Source: Octopus sinensis
Lineage: Eukaryota
Assembly: GCF_006345805.1 (NCBI RefSeq)
Contig: NC_042999.1
Span: 159,154,001-159,218,000 of the forward strand
DNA: 64,000 bases
Direction: 5' to 3'
Position 1 is the first letter of the stretch. The number at the start of each line of letters is the position of its first letter. Of this stretch, positions 1-12,372 are shown one piece after another. A program made the translations under genes and the position numbers. Under the pieces are notes generated by a model. It searched no databases. It had not been told where the DNA came from and worked only from the letters and a program-made list of their open reading frames with translations.

Positions 1-1015
1 CAAATGTCATAGATGTCAGGCTTGAGGATGCTGACATAATCCAGCAAGTACCAAACTTTAGACTTTGGATGCATTCACGTTGTTCTGTGATCACCTTTGT
101 GCATAAAATGAGTGCTTGCGATGTAAAGTTCATGTTCATTGCAAAGCTCCATCAGCATGAGACAATTGCTATTCATTTTCCCTACACCAAAATGTCCTAG
201 AGAGCTCCATGCTTGTCAGTCTGTTCTAGCCTGGCATAGACCCCCGCAGTAGAATAAATTTATCAGAATTGAGGATTTTCATAATTATGGCTCTCAGCTG
301 GGTACAAAACATAATTTTATCTTCATCACAACTAGTCAAAGTAGGAGCGTATACACTTATTAGAGTAGCAAACCGTCCACCATCCAGGTGCAATCGCAGA
401 GCCATTAGACGTTCATTTATAGGAAAAGATAGACCCTCCAACTTCTTAAGGATCGAACTTCAAAGCCAACCCCAACCTCTCTGCACTCCCACTTCTACCT
501 CTACCACCCTTTCCGTAAAAGGATGCATCCACCTTCTACTTCCTCAAGCTGACCGTTACCTTCTATACGAGTCTCTGAAAGTGCAGCTATATCAATGTTA
601 TAGCGGTTCAGCTCGTGAGCAACGAGTGCAGTGCGTCTTTGAGGCCTACAATCAATCTTGTTATCCAAGAGTGCGCACGTTCCAACAAGAAATGTTCAAG
701 TTCCATTCAGATCCATATTCTGAAAGAAAAACGTCTTTCTTTTTCGAGTGCAGAGTGGACATCCGTCAGTCGCGCTAAATTGACCAGGTTTTTGGTTCGC
801 CTTTTCTCGAACTTCCCCGGCCTCAGGTTGAGCAGTGTCTTCTTCAAATGAAGCTACTCAGACACCCATGCAGCAGCAACCGAATCCTATCGCTGCCTTG
901 GGCAACAAAGAGACGACTTAATATCTAGCAAGGGCCGCCTATGTGCAGGACGCTGACTACATGCTTCGAACCCGTCAGGTCTGCATGTTTCCCCACTTCC
1001 CATTGCCGCAGCATT
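1..1015 (-). mobile_element. RTE-clade (BovB-like) LINE 5' part: 5' UTR and decayed APE endonuclease
   Basis: Minus strand gives ...ISCWNVRTL*...RPQRRTALVAHELNRYNIDIAALSETRIEGNGQLEEV... and INERLMALRLHL...ATLISVYAPTLTS (ORF 226..441), typical RTE APE motifs with stops and frameshifts; continues past the window edge. Confidence 0.88.
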
Positions 1016-1129
1016 TCCGAATAAAAATGAATAAATATATACTAAAAATAAAGATACATATATGCTGAAAATAAAATAACTATATATCGGGAGAAAAAAA
1101 GCAACTCATATCGCGCAGAGGTTAGCAAT

Positions 1130-1400
1130 GCCTGTGCAGAGTTTTAGGTCCAATAACACTTGCACATAACTTCATAGATCCTCTCCACTCTTCTGACATT
1201 ATCCAGAGACAAGCCAGAGCGAGATGTCTGGTGCCAATATGAGTCGCAGCTCAGGGATGTGGGAGCGCCATGATCTCTAGCACAAACCAAAGATTTCCAA
1301 AATGTCCAATGCCATTCCCAGCATATAAGGTTTTATATTAAAGTGATCTTCTTCTGGAGACATGCTTCAAGAGAGGCTGAATGATGCCTCACTCCCAGTG
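1130..1400 (-). mobile_element. Decayed RTE LINE C-terminal fragment
   Basis: Degenerate W.SL...R..WR motif and terminal ...KLCASVIGPKTLHRHC* resembling the RTE C-terminal C.S.IGL.SH.R.C motif. Confidence 0.45.
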
Positions 1401-1436
1401 ATCTTCTAGCTCCATCTCGGAATTTTTGTGTATCCA

Positions 1437-1554
1437 CACACATACACATACACACACATATATATATATATATATACGTTTACATGCATACACACAATAA
1501 CATACATACATACATACATACATACATACATACATACATACATACATACATACA

Positions 1555-1581
<27 letters not shown>
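1437..1581. repeat. Compound (CA)/(TA)/(CATA)n microsatellite
   Basis: Visible directly. Confidence 0.95.
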
Positions 1582-1585
<4 letters not shown>

Positions 1586-2085
1586 CGGCTAGTAGTTCAA
1601 GTATCCGAAAAGAGGATAAAACTGTACAGCAGTAAAACTCAGTAGGTGGTCTGTTATGGTCAAAGAATGGATATTCATTTTGCACCTACAAAAGCCCCTC
1701 AGCGGAATAGACAACTTGTCCGACTCGTTGGCTGGAGGTGCATAAGTCTCTACAACTAGAAATTTGAAAATATTTTGATCAATTAGGATTGTAGGCAAAA
1801 AACCGGAAACGAAATACTACTGTACGACAGTACATCAGATCGAGAAGGAGTTATCAACTTTGGATCGGTCCAAGTTGCGTCTAAAAGGGGTCAGTGTTCA
1901 GCATATGGACGATAATTTTTCCCTAGTCGGCAAAAGGGAAATTTCGATGCTTTAAACGCAAATCTTTTCTCCGGCGTTTTACCTACAAATCATCTTTTTT
2001 TTGAAGTTTTCATATGTATGAGAAACTTCTGTGTCTTATATGTAAGTAAATATATATACATATATACATATATATATATGTATAT

Positions 2086-2490
2086 AGGCGCAGGAGTGGC
2101 TGTGTGGTAAGTAGCTTGCTAACCAACAACATGGTTCCGGGTTCAGTCCCACTGCGTGGCATCTTGGGCAAATGTCTTCTGCTATAGCCCCGGGCCGACC
2201 AATGCCTTGTGAGTGGATTTGGTAGACGGAAACTGAAAGAAGCCTGTCGTATATATGTATATATATATATGTATGTGTGTTTGTGTGTCTGTGTGTGTCC
2301 CCCTAGCATTGCTTGACAACCGATGCTGGTGTGTTTACGTCCCCGTCACTTAGCGGTTCGGCAAAAGAGACCGATAAAATAAGTACTGGGCTTACAAAGA
2401 ATAAGTCCCGGGGTCCATTTGCTCGACTAAAGGCGGTGCTCCAGCATGGCCGCAGTCAAATGACTGAAACAAGTAAAAGAGAAAGAAAAG
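2086..2490 (+). mobile_element. SINE family A (tRNA-like head, internal TA/TG microsatellite, (AGTAAAAG)n tail)
   Basis: ggcgcaggagtggctgtgtggtaag...ggttcagtcccactg (A/B-box-like) ...gcagtcaaatgactgaaacaagtaaaagag; at least 12 similar copies in the window. Confidence 0.92.
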
Positions 2491-2516
2491 ATATATATAT
2501 ATATATATATATATAA

Positions 2517-2568
<52 letters not shown>

Positions 2569-2574
2569 TATATA

Positions 2575-2586
2575 TAAAGCTTCCCG

Positions 2587-2630
<44 letters not shown>

Positions 2631-2815
2631 CGGGAAGCTTTATGAAAACAAACAAAAGACGAAGGCAGGTATAGTACAAACAAACAATTGTATTGGTATG
2701 GCGCTCAGGAATATAAATAAAACAAGTCTTTTACGTTTCGACCCTACGCTCTTCAACAGAAAGATACACAGAAAAAAATACACGGAGAGAAACAAGGAGA
2801 GAAAAAAATGCGTGC
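2575..2815 (-). mobile_element. Penelope-like (PLE) pLTR remnant with terminal inverted duplication
   Basis: Contains an HHR-like fold; its end aacgggaagcttta is mirrored by taaagcttcccgtt across an (AT)n tract; flanked by (TA)n. Confidence 0.6.
2727..2764 (-). ncRNA. Minimal type I hammerhead fold, variant core CUGUUGA
   Basis: Minus strand: UCUUU-CUGUUGA-A-GAGC gtag GGUC-GAAA-CG-UA^-AAAGA; helix I 5 bp, helix II has one G.G mismatch, helix III reduced to the palindrome ACGU. Confidence 0.55.
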
Positions 2816-2839
2816 AGAAGCTAGCGAATCAACATGGCG

Positions 2840-2927
<88 letters not shown>

Positions 2928-4612
2928 TATATATACATACATACATATATATATATATATAGTTCTCCCATTCTTCCTGATTGTTAAACTAACGCGCTTG
3001 TTGTTCTTTCACGTCTTCGTCTTTTGTCTTCTGTAAATTTGAGCTATATATAAATGTAGAGATAGATACGTACATACATACGCACATACAAAATACATAC
3101 ATACATACATACATGCATACATACATACATACATACATACATACATACATAATACATATGTGTGTGTGTGTTAACGATTTTACTGCTAACAATATATTCT
3201 TGTTATACATTGCAAATTTTCGTCCTAGGAAAATATACGTGTTTTTTTTTTTGTTTTTTTTTTAAATCTAACACGAAATATATTTTCGGTCTTAAATAAT
3301 CTGCACGTTGGCAACACTTTTTAAGTGCATATTTTCTTTACACATTGTAATTTTTAATGCATTCAAAAATATTTATGACTCTTAAAATCACAGATACAAA
3401 ATTTTATTGCTCCAGACAAAAGTTTCTCACATCATCATCATATAATTTATTGTTACATATTATTTCGGTTGTGTATCTCAATGTAAAATTGTCCATTTAA
3501 AAATTTTATATGGATTGCTTTTTTCAGACATTTTATGTTTATAAAATTTTATTTGGATAGCTTTTGTCAGACATTTTATGTTTATAACGTGTAGGGCGTT
3601 ATTTTTATATATATATATATGTCATTCCTCTTAAAGAGTAGACATCTCACCAAGTGAAAAAGAGTGGTAATGTTTAAAACAGTTCTGCTAACCCTATAGA
3701 AATATAATAAAGTATAAACAAGCTGCGTTAGTATTATATAAACTACTTGCAATATAAATTTATTGTTCTTCCTTCAGATGTTCTGCAAAAATATTTTCTG
3801 TTCGAAAGTTATGACACTTTAACAACAAAATGATCATGTAGTTGAAAGAGAAATCGAATTTGTGATTAATCTTCATGTGTTTATGGTCAAAAACATTGTA
3901 TCAGACACGAGATTCCAATAGAGAAGCGCAGAGAAAGGGAGGATAATTACTTTCATAACTAATGTAACTGTTGTATGGTTCTGTAATTACCCGTCAAAAA
4001 AGATTGTAGTCAAATTAATTTGACCAATTTCATTGTGAAAATGCAAAATCGAAAGACAGAGAGGAAGATATAAAGAAAAAGAAAGAGTGAATGTGAAATA
4101 CGTTAGTATAGTGACTTCTTCCTTAGTTTTTAATTTCGTGTTGTTAGCAATTATAAACGCTTGAGCTACTGTGTGTCAACATTGACATACGTTGCTGAGA
4201 CCGACGTAAACTACTGGTAAAGTTCACAGCATTTTCTTCTTTTTGTTTGCAAACAGAACTTCGCAATCAGCAATTTGAAGAGTGAGCTTAATGCTGACAT
4301 CATCAGTTGATTAGTTGTGCTTTTGAAAGTTCTTAATGATCACGCTTTCCTGAACTCAGTCAATTTAATGCGATTGATTATTTATCAAAATTTCCCTGTT
4401 GGAAATAACAAACCCTAATATCAAATTTACGTAAAGATCTACAATATGTCTAACAGATAACTTTACAAAAACTGTGTCCAGGAAAGAGGTGTGTATTGTG
4501 TATTAAAAATACAAAAAAAACGAATGAAGTATTTAAAAGCAGCTCTACTCTATTCATAATTTTTAAAAATCCCAGCTAAAACTTGAGAATTGCCTAATTG
4601 TAATACAAGAAA

Positions 4613-5107
4613 TCTTTATATATATAAGTCAAGTTGTGTGTCTGTCTCCTACGATTTAAATTCGTAACTACTCCCACAATTTGCGGTGCAGTTTAACCAA
4701 AACCGGGTATCTTATAGTCGTGATTCATATCGAGCCCTTCTGGGTATTAGCGCGCGTCTACGATGAGTCTACGATTTAAAACAAAATTACCATCATTTTT
4801 TCCATTTTAATGCATTTTTTGGCTATTATATGAGGGAAGTAACTCTCTAAAAATGTCTACGATGAGTCAACGATTTAAAAAAAAATTTACCATCATTTTT
4901 TTCCATTTTAATGCATTTTTTGGCTATTATATGAGGGAAGTAACTCTCTAAAAATGTCTACGATGAGTCAACGATTTAAAAAAAATTTACCATCATTTTT
5001 TTCCATTTTTAATGCATTTTTTTGCTATTTTTTGGCTATAACTCTCTAAAAATGCTTATATAGTTATTTCCCTTACAAACCCGAGCAACGCCGGGCGATA
5101 CTGCTAG
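4613..5107 (+). mobile_element. Non-autonomous Helitron, family 1, with three ~100-bp internal tandem units
   Basis: A|TC start, CTAG|T end, subterminal hairpin cccgagcaacgccggg (5080-5095), no TSD; units begin near 4756, 4855 and 4956; homologues at 18135 and 62209. Confidence 0.85.
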
Positions 5108-5607
5108 TCGTAAGTAAAAGAGTAATATAGAGTACCACACACAAGTGGAGAAATCCTTCACCGTTGAGATTTTCAGAAAATATATTAAATTTCGATGATG
5201 CATTTACTAACAGCTTTTGAACAGAATGATCCATTCAGTAAGTGATTGCCTCTTGCATTAATAACTGAGTAATTTTACTCACTTAAAAATTCTTAGCGCT
5301 TACTTGACAATGCTTCCTCCCCTGTAATATTGATATAATAAATTCGGTTCCTTCCAATAGTCTCATGAAATGTGTATGAAATACCTTTTATTTTATATCC
5401 AGCATGTCGTTCCTTTTATTGTAGAATAAAGCCAAACTATTTTGAAGATATTCAGAAACCAAATGAAAATAGGGGGTTGATTAGCAACTTTTTATAAAGT
5501 GGGAACGAAATATTGCAATAGGTTTAATGTTCACTATCTTAATTTTTTTAATATCTTAATTAGATTAATAAATAGACAGTATTTACTCTCTTAAGTATTC
5601 TTATTTA

Positions 5608-7340
5608 TCACATTAGTCTCGGCGCTTGTCTGCGCATCATCAACCTCGGCATGCTCAGCCCTCCTTTTAGCGGGTGTCTGACCATCGGAACACTTCCTTT
5701 CCACAGGAAGCGGAAGAGGATGCCTTCCAGGTTGGTGATATAGGGTCGGGACAAGGCACGACGGTCAGATGGTAGTAGATGACGGACGCGATGTACGCGT
5801 TCCCCACCTTCGCCCGACCTTTTAGGAACAGCTTCCTCTCGGTCCATTGCCGGGTGAGAATGGCTACCCTACTCGTTATCTCGTCCCAGTTCTTCTCCGT
5901 TTGGAGGTCCGGACCAAACCAGACCCCGAGCAATTCGACCGGACCCTCGGTCCAGCGTCCCACGACGGAGGCGTTGCTGGATGGCATGGGCTTGCTTCTC
6001 CAGGTGCCGAGCCGAAAGCCCACTGACTTTTCCCGGTTAATTTTCGCTTCTATTACTGCTTCATAGTCATTCAGCGTCTCGCTGACCAGCTCGATGCGGT
6101 CGTGGCCAGACATCATGACCCAATTCTCGCATCCCAATTCTCGCGGAATGCCCCTCAGCATTGCCAGCTTTCACAGTAGTGGCTCGAGGTCAATACGTAC
6201 AGAAGCCACGAGAGAAGGCATCCCTGACAGACCGAACGTGCTATGTCGAATGGTGTCGATAAATGTCCATTCACGCGAATTAACGAACGGATGCCTTTGT
6301 ATAAGGCAGCGATCCAGCCGCGAAAAACGGACCGAAACCAGCCGCTATGAGGACAGCCTCCAAGTATCGATGATCTCCCCTATCGAAAGCTTTGGATTGA
6401 TCTGAATTGATCAGTGTCCCATCCATGCCAGGTTCCTTAACTATCCTGTCTATGATGTAGCACATGAGGTGGAGGTTGTCATGGATGCTCCGACCCGGCA
6501 CGACGCACGTTTACGCCTTGTCGACTTATTTCTCGATGACTAGCACTTTGGCCAAAATTCTCAAGTCTGCATTGAGCAGAGTGATGGGCCTTGTTTGGAC
6601 ATTTCTTTAGCAGCGTTACAACTCCTCGGCTCACAAAACTGGGGATGCTCCGATTTGCTGCCAGTTGCAGTACACTGTTGCCAAGACGCCTCCAAACAAG
6701 TCTGGCATACAATTGTAAAGCTCGGTCATTTGTCCTTCGTGCACTCTGCCATCACGTTACACACGTCCGCGCTGTGATAGCACCTTCGCAACATTCTGCC
6801 TTTCTTGCCGAGAGTCGTGGCAGGCTATCCAGGTAGGCACTGAAGTCGACCCTGCGTCGTTCTCACTAGCCACTTGTCCCCAAAGGTCGGGCAAAGTGCT
6901 GCTGAAGGCCTCACACGTTTTGCTAGGCTCGAGTTATTCGCGCCCCCGTTCATCCATCAGAGACCAAATGGTAGCTTTGTTGACCTGTTCCGTCTCCACC
7001 ACCCGGGCCTCTCGCACGGTTCCAACACCTTTGTTTCTTAGAGCACGCATCCTAGCCCTCATAACGCACCCTTCGTTTGGGGCGTTGAAGTGTAGGTCGA
7101 AGGCCAACTTCGCCGCCAATATGTTGGATGAGATGCCACTTCTAATCGTCTCTTCTAGTTTCTTAACTAGCTCACCCTCTATTTGTTTCTGTCTATCGCT
7201 TGCGATTTGTTATACCTAAATGAATCGGCTTTTATTGCTCTCTTGAAGGCAAACCGCCATTTGTTGTTAATGATGGCTCCTGTTAAATGCCTCTTCACTA
7301 GCGTGCTAATCCGGTCTCTGAAAACCTCTCTCTACGGGAA
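5608..7340 (-). pseudogene. L1/Tx1-clade LINE ORF2 fragment (RT region)
   Basis: PGRSIHDNLHLM...DQSKAFDRGDHRYL (RT) and VELLGVWFGPD...KNW...W.ERKLFLKGRAKVGNAYIASVIYY..TVVPCP (Tx1-type thumb); frameshifted. Confidence 0.88.
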
Positions 7341-7344
7341 GGAC

Positions 7345-7377
7345 AGACAGAAGACAGACAGACAGACAGATAGATAG

Positions 7378-7418
<41 letters not shown>

Positions 7419-7560
7419 TATATATATATATATATATGTATACGTAGGTAAGTGGGTAGGTAGGTAGGTAGGTAGGTAGGTAGGTAGGTATGTATGTATG
7501 TATGTATGTAGGTAGGTAGGTAGGTATGTAGGTAGGTAGGTAGGTAGGTAGGTATATGTA
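7345..7560. repeat. Compound (GACA)/(GATA)/(CA)/(TA)/(GGTA)/(TGTA)n microsatellite
   Basis: Visible directly. Confidence 0.95.
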
Positions 7561-7786
7561 CATGTTTATAACCCACCTGTATGTAAAAATGGAATATATT
7601 TTCTCAATAAACCTACGTTTACTCTCCAGAGATTTGCCGAATATGATTTTCAATCCATATGCATTTCTAACAACAAAAGAAAATTATAATCATTCCCCAA
7701 AATCAATATCTGCTAAATATTTATAGCATTTTGTGCTGATACACTCAGCGAACAATGTATGATATCTTCTTCGAACTTAATTATTG

Positions 7787-7975
7787 ATTGACATCCTTAT
7801 TTCATGTTCTCTGACTGAAGAAAATTAGATTTTTTTTATTACCAACGAATATGTAATACGGTACTTTCCCATAATCAATTGACATCCTTATTTCATGTTC
7901 TCTGACAGAAAAAAACATCTGATTTTTTTTTTATTACCAACAAATAGGTAATATGGTATTTTCCCATAATCAATT
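7787..7975. repeat. Tandem duplication, ~91-bp unit
   Basis: attgacatccttatttcatgttctctgac...cccataatca starts at 7787 and again at 7878. Confidence 0.85.
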
Positions 7976-9335
7976 TAATAGAAATGTTTTCAGTATTCTA
8001 TTGTGGGTGTCACTTCAGGTTTTGAAGTGGATAGTTATAGCTCGAGTCCGATGTATTTTCTTCAGAAAGCAACTTGGGAAGTTGAGATACTAAAAGTTCA
8101 TCAGTAGTAATGACCCTTAACATCTCTGGCCTATTGGAGTATTTTCTTGCAATCCATCCAAGCTACAGAAGTTACCTGGAAGAAGCTTTTTCTTCATATA
8201 TATATATATTGTGTATATGCATTTTGGAAAGAAGCATGTTTATCATGGCAGCATTAAACTATTTTAAAGAAATTTTTGTTTTTAAGGAGAGCGTAACTTC
8301 AAGATGAAAGTACGTGACTTGTAGCTGTAGCTGCTTATTAAGGAGAGAGATCTGTTATCGTCTGCCTTCAAACGTTCTTTGTCACAATTCTGCCTGCGTC
8401 ACATTTACACAATGATTAATCTGCAATTCTTCAAACCTGAGCATCAGCTGCACGAATGTAATCTGTTTGGAAAACCTCTAAATGTCATCAGCTTAGTTCT
8501 TACCCCTAACCGAAACCATAAACAAAAATAATCAAAAAATATACTTGATTAGTTATGGAACTTAATCTGAATCCCTGTTTCCACAATTCATTAGCTATTC
8601 CTTCCATGTCACAAGCACACTAAGCTATTTTTAACGTCACGGGTGTTGCTTTATTCTGACAGGTATGTATATTGTCAAATTACAATGAGCTAAATTACCT
8701 AATTGGTTTACTTAGACTATTGAAATAATATTTTCCTCAACTAATAAGCATGCATTGTAAACATATACAGTAAAACAAGTTTTTTTGCACACACAAGATA
8801 AGTGAGGTCGTTAGAGAAAATAGATTTATCGTATTATATAAGTCGGTCTGAGAACTTTGAATCTTTGTGAATTCTAAATCAAACTTTTAACAAATAACCT
8901 CTTAGTAAACTATGAGCGTTAACATATGCATGATGTAAGATCGTTACAATTCTCGTCCACCATCAAATCTAAATTAAAAAGAATTGGTTTCACAAATAAT
9001 CTAGTGATTAAACTCGAATTTCGATGCAATTGATTGTAATAGGAAATGCATTGCTTCCTCGATAATAATGGGGGAAAATACATCCAATATTTTGTACATT
9101 TTGATAAGACCTAATAAAGATATCAGGAATTGGCTATATTTCAACAATGTGATTATACATTGTTACGTTAATATATCATCGAGGCATTTCATAAATATTA
9201 AGGAGATATTGATTTTAGGAATACTTTCATCTTCCGTCCTTGTTGACACAAGTTCATAACTAAAGAATAAAGGCAAATTAGCGAGCATATATATTGGTAG
9301 CAACACACACGCATATGTACCTACACACAGGCACA

Positions 9336-9557
9336 CATACATACATACATACATACATACATACATACATACATACATACATACATACATGCATGCATAC
9401 ATACATACATACATACATACATACATACATACATACATACATACATACATACATACATACATGCATGCATACATACATACATACATACATACATACATAC
9501 ATACATACATACATACATACATACATACATACATACATGCATACATAATACATACAT
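9336..9557. repeat. (CATA)n microsatellite
   Basis: Visible directly. Confidence 0.97.
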
Positions 9558-10049
9558 GCGTGAAGTAAATAGACGTACATGAACTGAAGCAAAACAACTT
9601 TTAGTTAATCTAAGCCAGATTATGTACCAGTAAATTTAAAGACAAAGGTCACAAAATCATGAAAAAACATAAAGTCAGTGAAAGAGGGACGTTAAATAAC
9701 AGAGAAAATGTAGCATTTGATGATATATTGGGCTGAGTGGTGCATGGCACCAGCTCTAAGTATCTGCTGAAAATTATAAATATCGTGGTCGGTAGTATTA
9801 GTAGAACAATATGTAACATCAGAGCGAGACAAAAAGGAAAGAGGGAAAAGAAAGGCTAAAAATGAATAGATTCATAAAACTCAACCTCACATGGTAGGGA
9901 AGATTTTCGATGACAAAAGCACACGTCTTTTTACTCTCCTCTACATTAAACAAGCGTGCTCGTTTCACGTTAACAATATCTAGTATCAATCTTAAACTTT
10001 TCATTTGTCACTCTACTGCGTGCTTAGCTAGAATGACTTTCTAAATTTA

Positions 10050-11311
10050 CAGGGGTTGGACAAAATAGCATCATAGCATCAGAATTTTGAAATATCTATA
10101 ACCCGCCAAAAGCTTGGTTATTTTTATGTTTTTTATTTATTATTAGTGTTGCTTAATATGTTCTGCTAAAATTGCTGTTTCTTTTCAGATATCATCAGAA
10201 AAAGGTCATTGAAATTCATTAAAATGACGGATCTATCGGACTTTCAAAGAGGTCAACTTGTTAGTGCTCGTATGGCGGGCGCTAGCTTAACGAAAACAGC
10301 CGAAAAATTTGGTGTATCAAGAAGTACTGTCTCGAAAGTAATGACATTCTATAAGAAAAGGTGAAAAACCTCCTCGTCGAAACAAAACTCCTGAAGAAAA
10401 CTAAAACTTTCAGATAGGAACCGTCGGATTCTTACGTGAATTGGTAGAAAGCATCACAAAAATACAGATCCCAAAATTACTGCAGAGCTTAATGACCACC
10501 TCGAGAACCCAGTTTCCACAGAAAATGTTCGCCGGGAACTGCATAAAGCCGGATTTCACAGGAGGGCTGCAATCAGAAAACCACTACTTTCAAAAACAAA
10601 CATTGAAAAGCGTTTAGAGTGGAGTAAAAGCCTACAGATTTGGTCCCAAGAGCAGTGGAAGAAAGTTATTTTCTTGGATGAGTCATCCTTTACCTTATAT
10701 CCGACCAATGGCCGTGAATACGTGTGGAGACAGCAAAAAGAAGCATCTAACCCAGACTACCTTCTTCCAACTGTTAAATATGGAGACGGATCTGCGATGA
10801 TCTGGAAGGGGGCTATATCTTGGACGTCTGTCGGCTAAATGGTTTCCCTTCATGGCAGAATTAATAGTCAAGGCTATTTAAGCATTTTATCTGATCAAAT
10901 TCATCCTATGGTTGCGGAACTGCTTCCGGAGGGAAATGCAATCTTTCAGGATGATAATGCACCAATTCCCACAACTAAAGTTGTTACTGAAAGGCACGAG
11001 GAACATTCTAGTGAAGTTGAGCATCTTATCTGGCCACTACAGTCCTCCTTATCTCAATATTATTGAACATTTAGGATTCATTTGAGAAAAACAAGTAAGG
11101 AGTCGATATCCTCTACCATCATCACTATAAGAACTGGAGATATTTTTAACTGAAGAATGGACAAAAATTCGTTTGGAAACAATTCAAACTTTGTTCGAGT
11201 CCATACCTCGTAGAATTCAAGCTGTAATAACTCCCATAGGCGGTCCTACCCCATATTAAAATAAATTTGTTTGAAATTTTAAGCTGTTTCCATTATTTTG
11301 TCCAACCCCTG
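10050..11311 (+). mobile_element. Tc1 DNA transposon, near full length
   Basis: TA|caggggttggacaaaata ... tattttgtccaacccctg|TA terminal inverted repeats with TA TSD. Confidence 0.95.
10224..11259 (+). pseudogene. Tc1 DD34E transposase pseudogene
   Basis: MTDLSDFQRGQLVSARMAGASLTKTAEKFGVSRSTVSKVM; F.DES; FQDDNAP; NIIEH; ends GGPTPY*; several frameshifts and stops. Confidence 0.93.
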
Positions 11312-11930
11312 TATCATTGGGTACATCTAATTTGCGATGAAAATGTTTATTTAATCTTTACAAATAAGTTACTTTAATAATTTGTTTTACAAGATTACTT
11401 GTTACAATCAACAAATAAATTACATTTACTAAGAATCTTTCCATATTTATCAACTGCTCAGAAAATGTAATATACTAACTTAACAAGTGTTCAGGTAACA
11501 TATGGTGTAACTGCAACCTATAGCATAATATATATTTTATAATGTAAGTTATATTCATATACATTCACTTACATATACACATGTGTGTATATGCGTGGAC
11601 GTGTCAGGTTGTATGTGTGTGCATTTATGTTATTGTTTTTTAGTATAGATTTTTGCAGTCACTTTCGTAGGTTTGACATTCGATTTTATAATTGGGTCAT
11701 TCAAAATCCCGGAAAATATATAGCGCCATGATATTGATCATTCAAATTCGTTTTTCACTCACACAGTTTTGCATTTCGGTCAAAGAATTTACATCATTCA
11801 AATTAAAACGCCAGTCGAAAGCATTCAAATTAGTCGGAACGTGAAAAAGCGTCTTTTCGAGCATTCAGGTTCGTTTCGGAGCAATCTATTTAACATTTCG
11901 AGCAATCAAATTAGCACGATAGCTGTTTGG

Positions 11931-11984
11931 GTTTGTCCTTGTTTGTCCCCTCTATGTTTAGCCCCTTGTGGATAATAAAGAAAC
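11931..11984 (+). repeat. Isolated 3' tail of SINE-B tail variant 2
   Basis: gtttgtcccctctatgtttagccccttgtggataataaagaaac matches the reverse complement of 54260-54305. Confidence 0.7.
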
Positions 11985-12372
11985 AGATAGCTGTATGATT
12001 ATTGTTATCATAGTCATGTGTTTTCATCCATTATTTACACTTTGAGCACTCTATTGTGCACACGTCCTTTCTATTTATTCTTTTACTTCTGCATATGTAC
12101 AGGTATTTATTGTCAAAGATTTAATAAAATCGCATTCGCAGCCTTTACAATCATGTTAAAAGAAATTCAAAATTACAACAAATGCTCATTTTCTTTGATT
12201 TTGAATGCATTATGTTGTGATATTTGTTCTTCTTTTGCATAATATGCTTTGTTTGGAAAAGTATATATTTCTTTGATTTTGCATTTTTTTCTTTCATTGG
12301 GGAAAGGGTGCTTCGTGCACCAAGATAATTATTAATTTACAGTCTTGGTAAGGAGTGTGCGTTTGAGAGGAT

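Noticed and set aside
269-778. 169-aa plus-strand ORF
   Set aside because: Antisense to the RTE endonuclease region; no protein family features
780-1015. Possible HDV-like ribozyme in the RTE 5' UTR
   Set aside because: A hairpin (gcagcga...ttgctgc) is present, but I could not build the P1/P1.1/P2/P3 double pseudoknot by eye; needs a descriptor search
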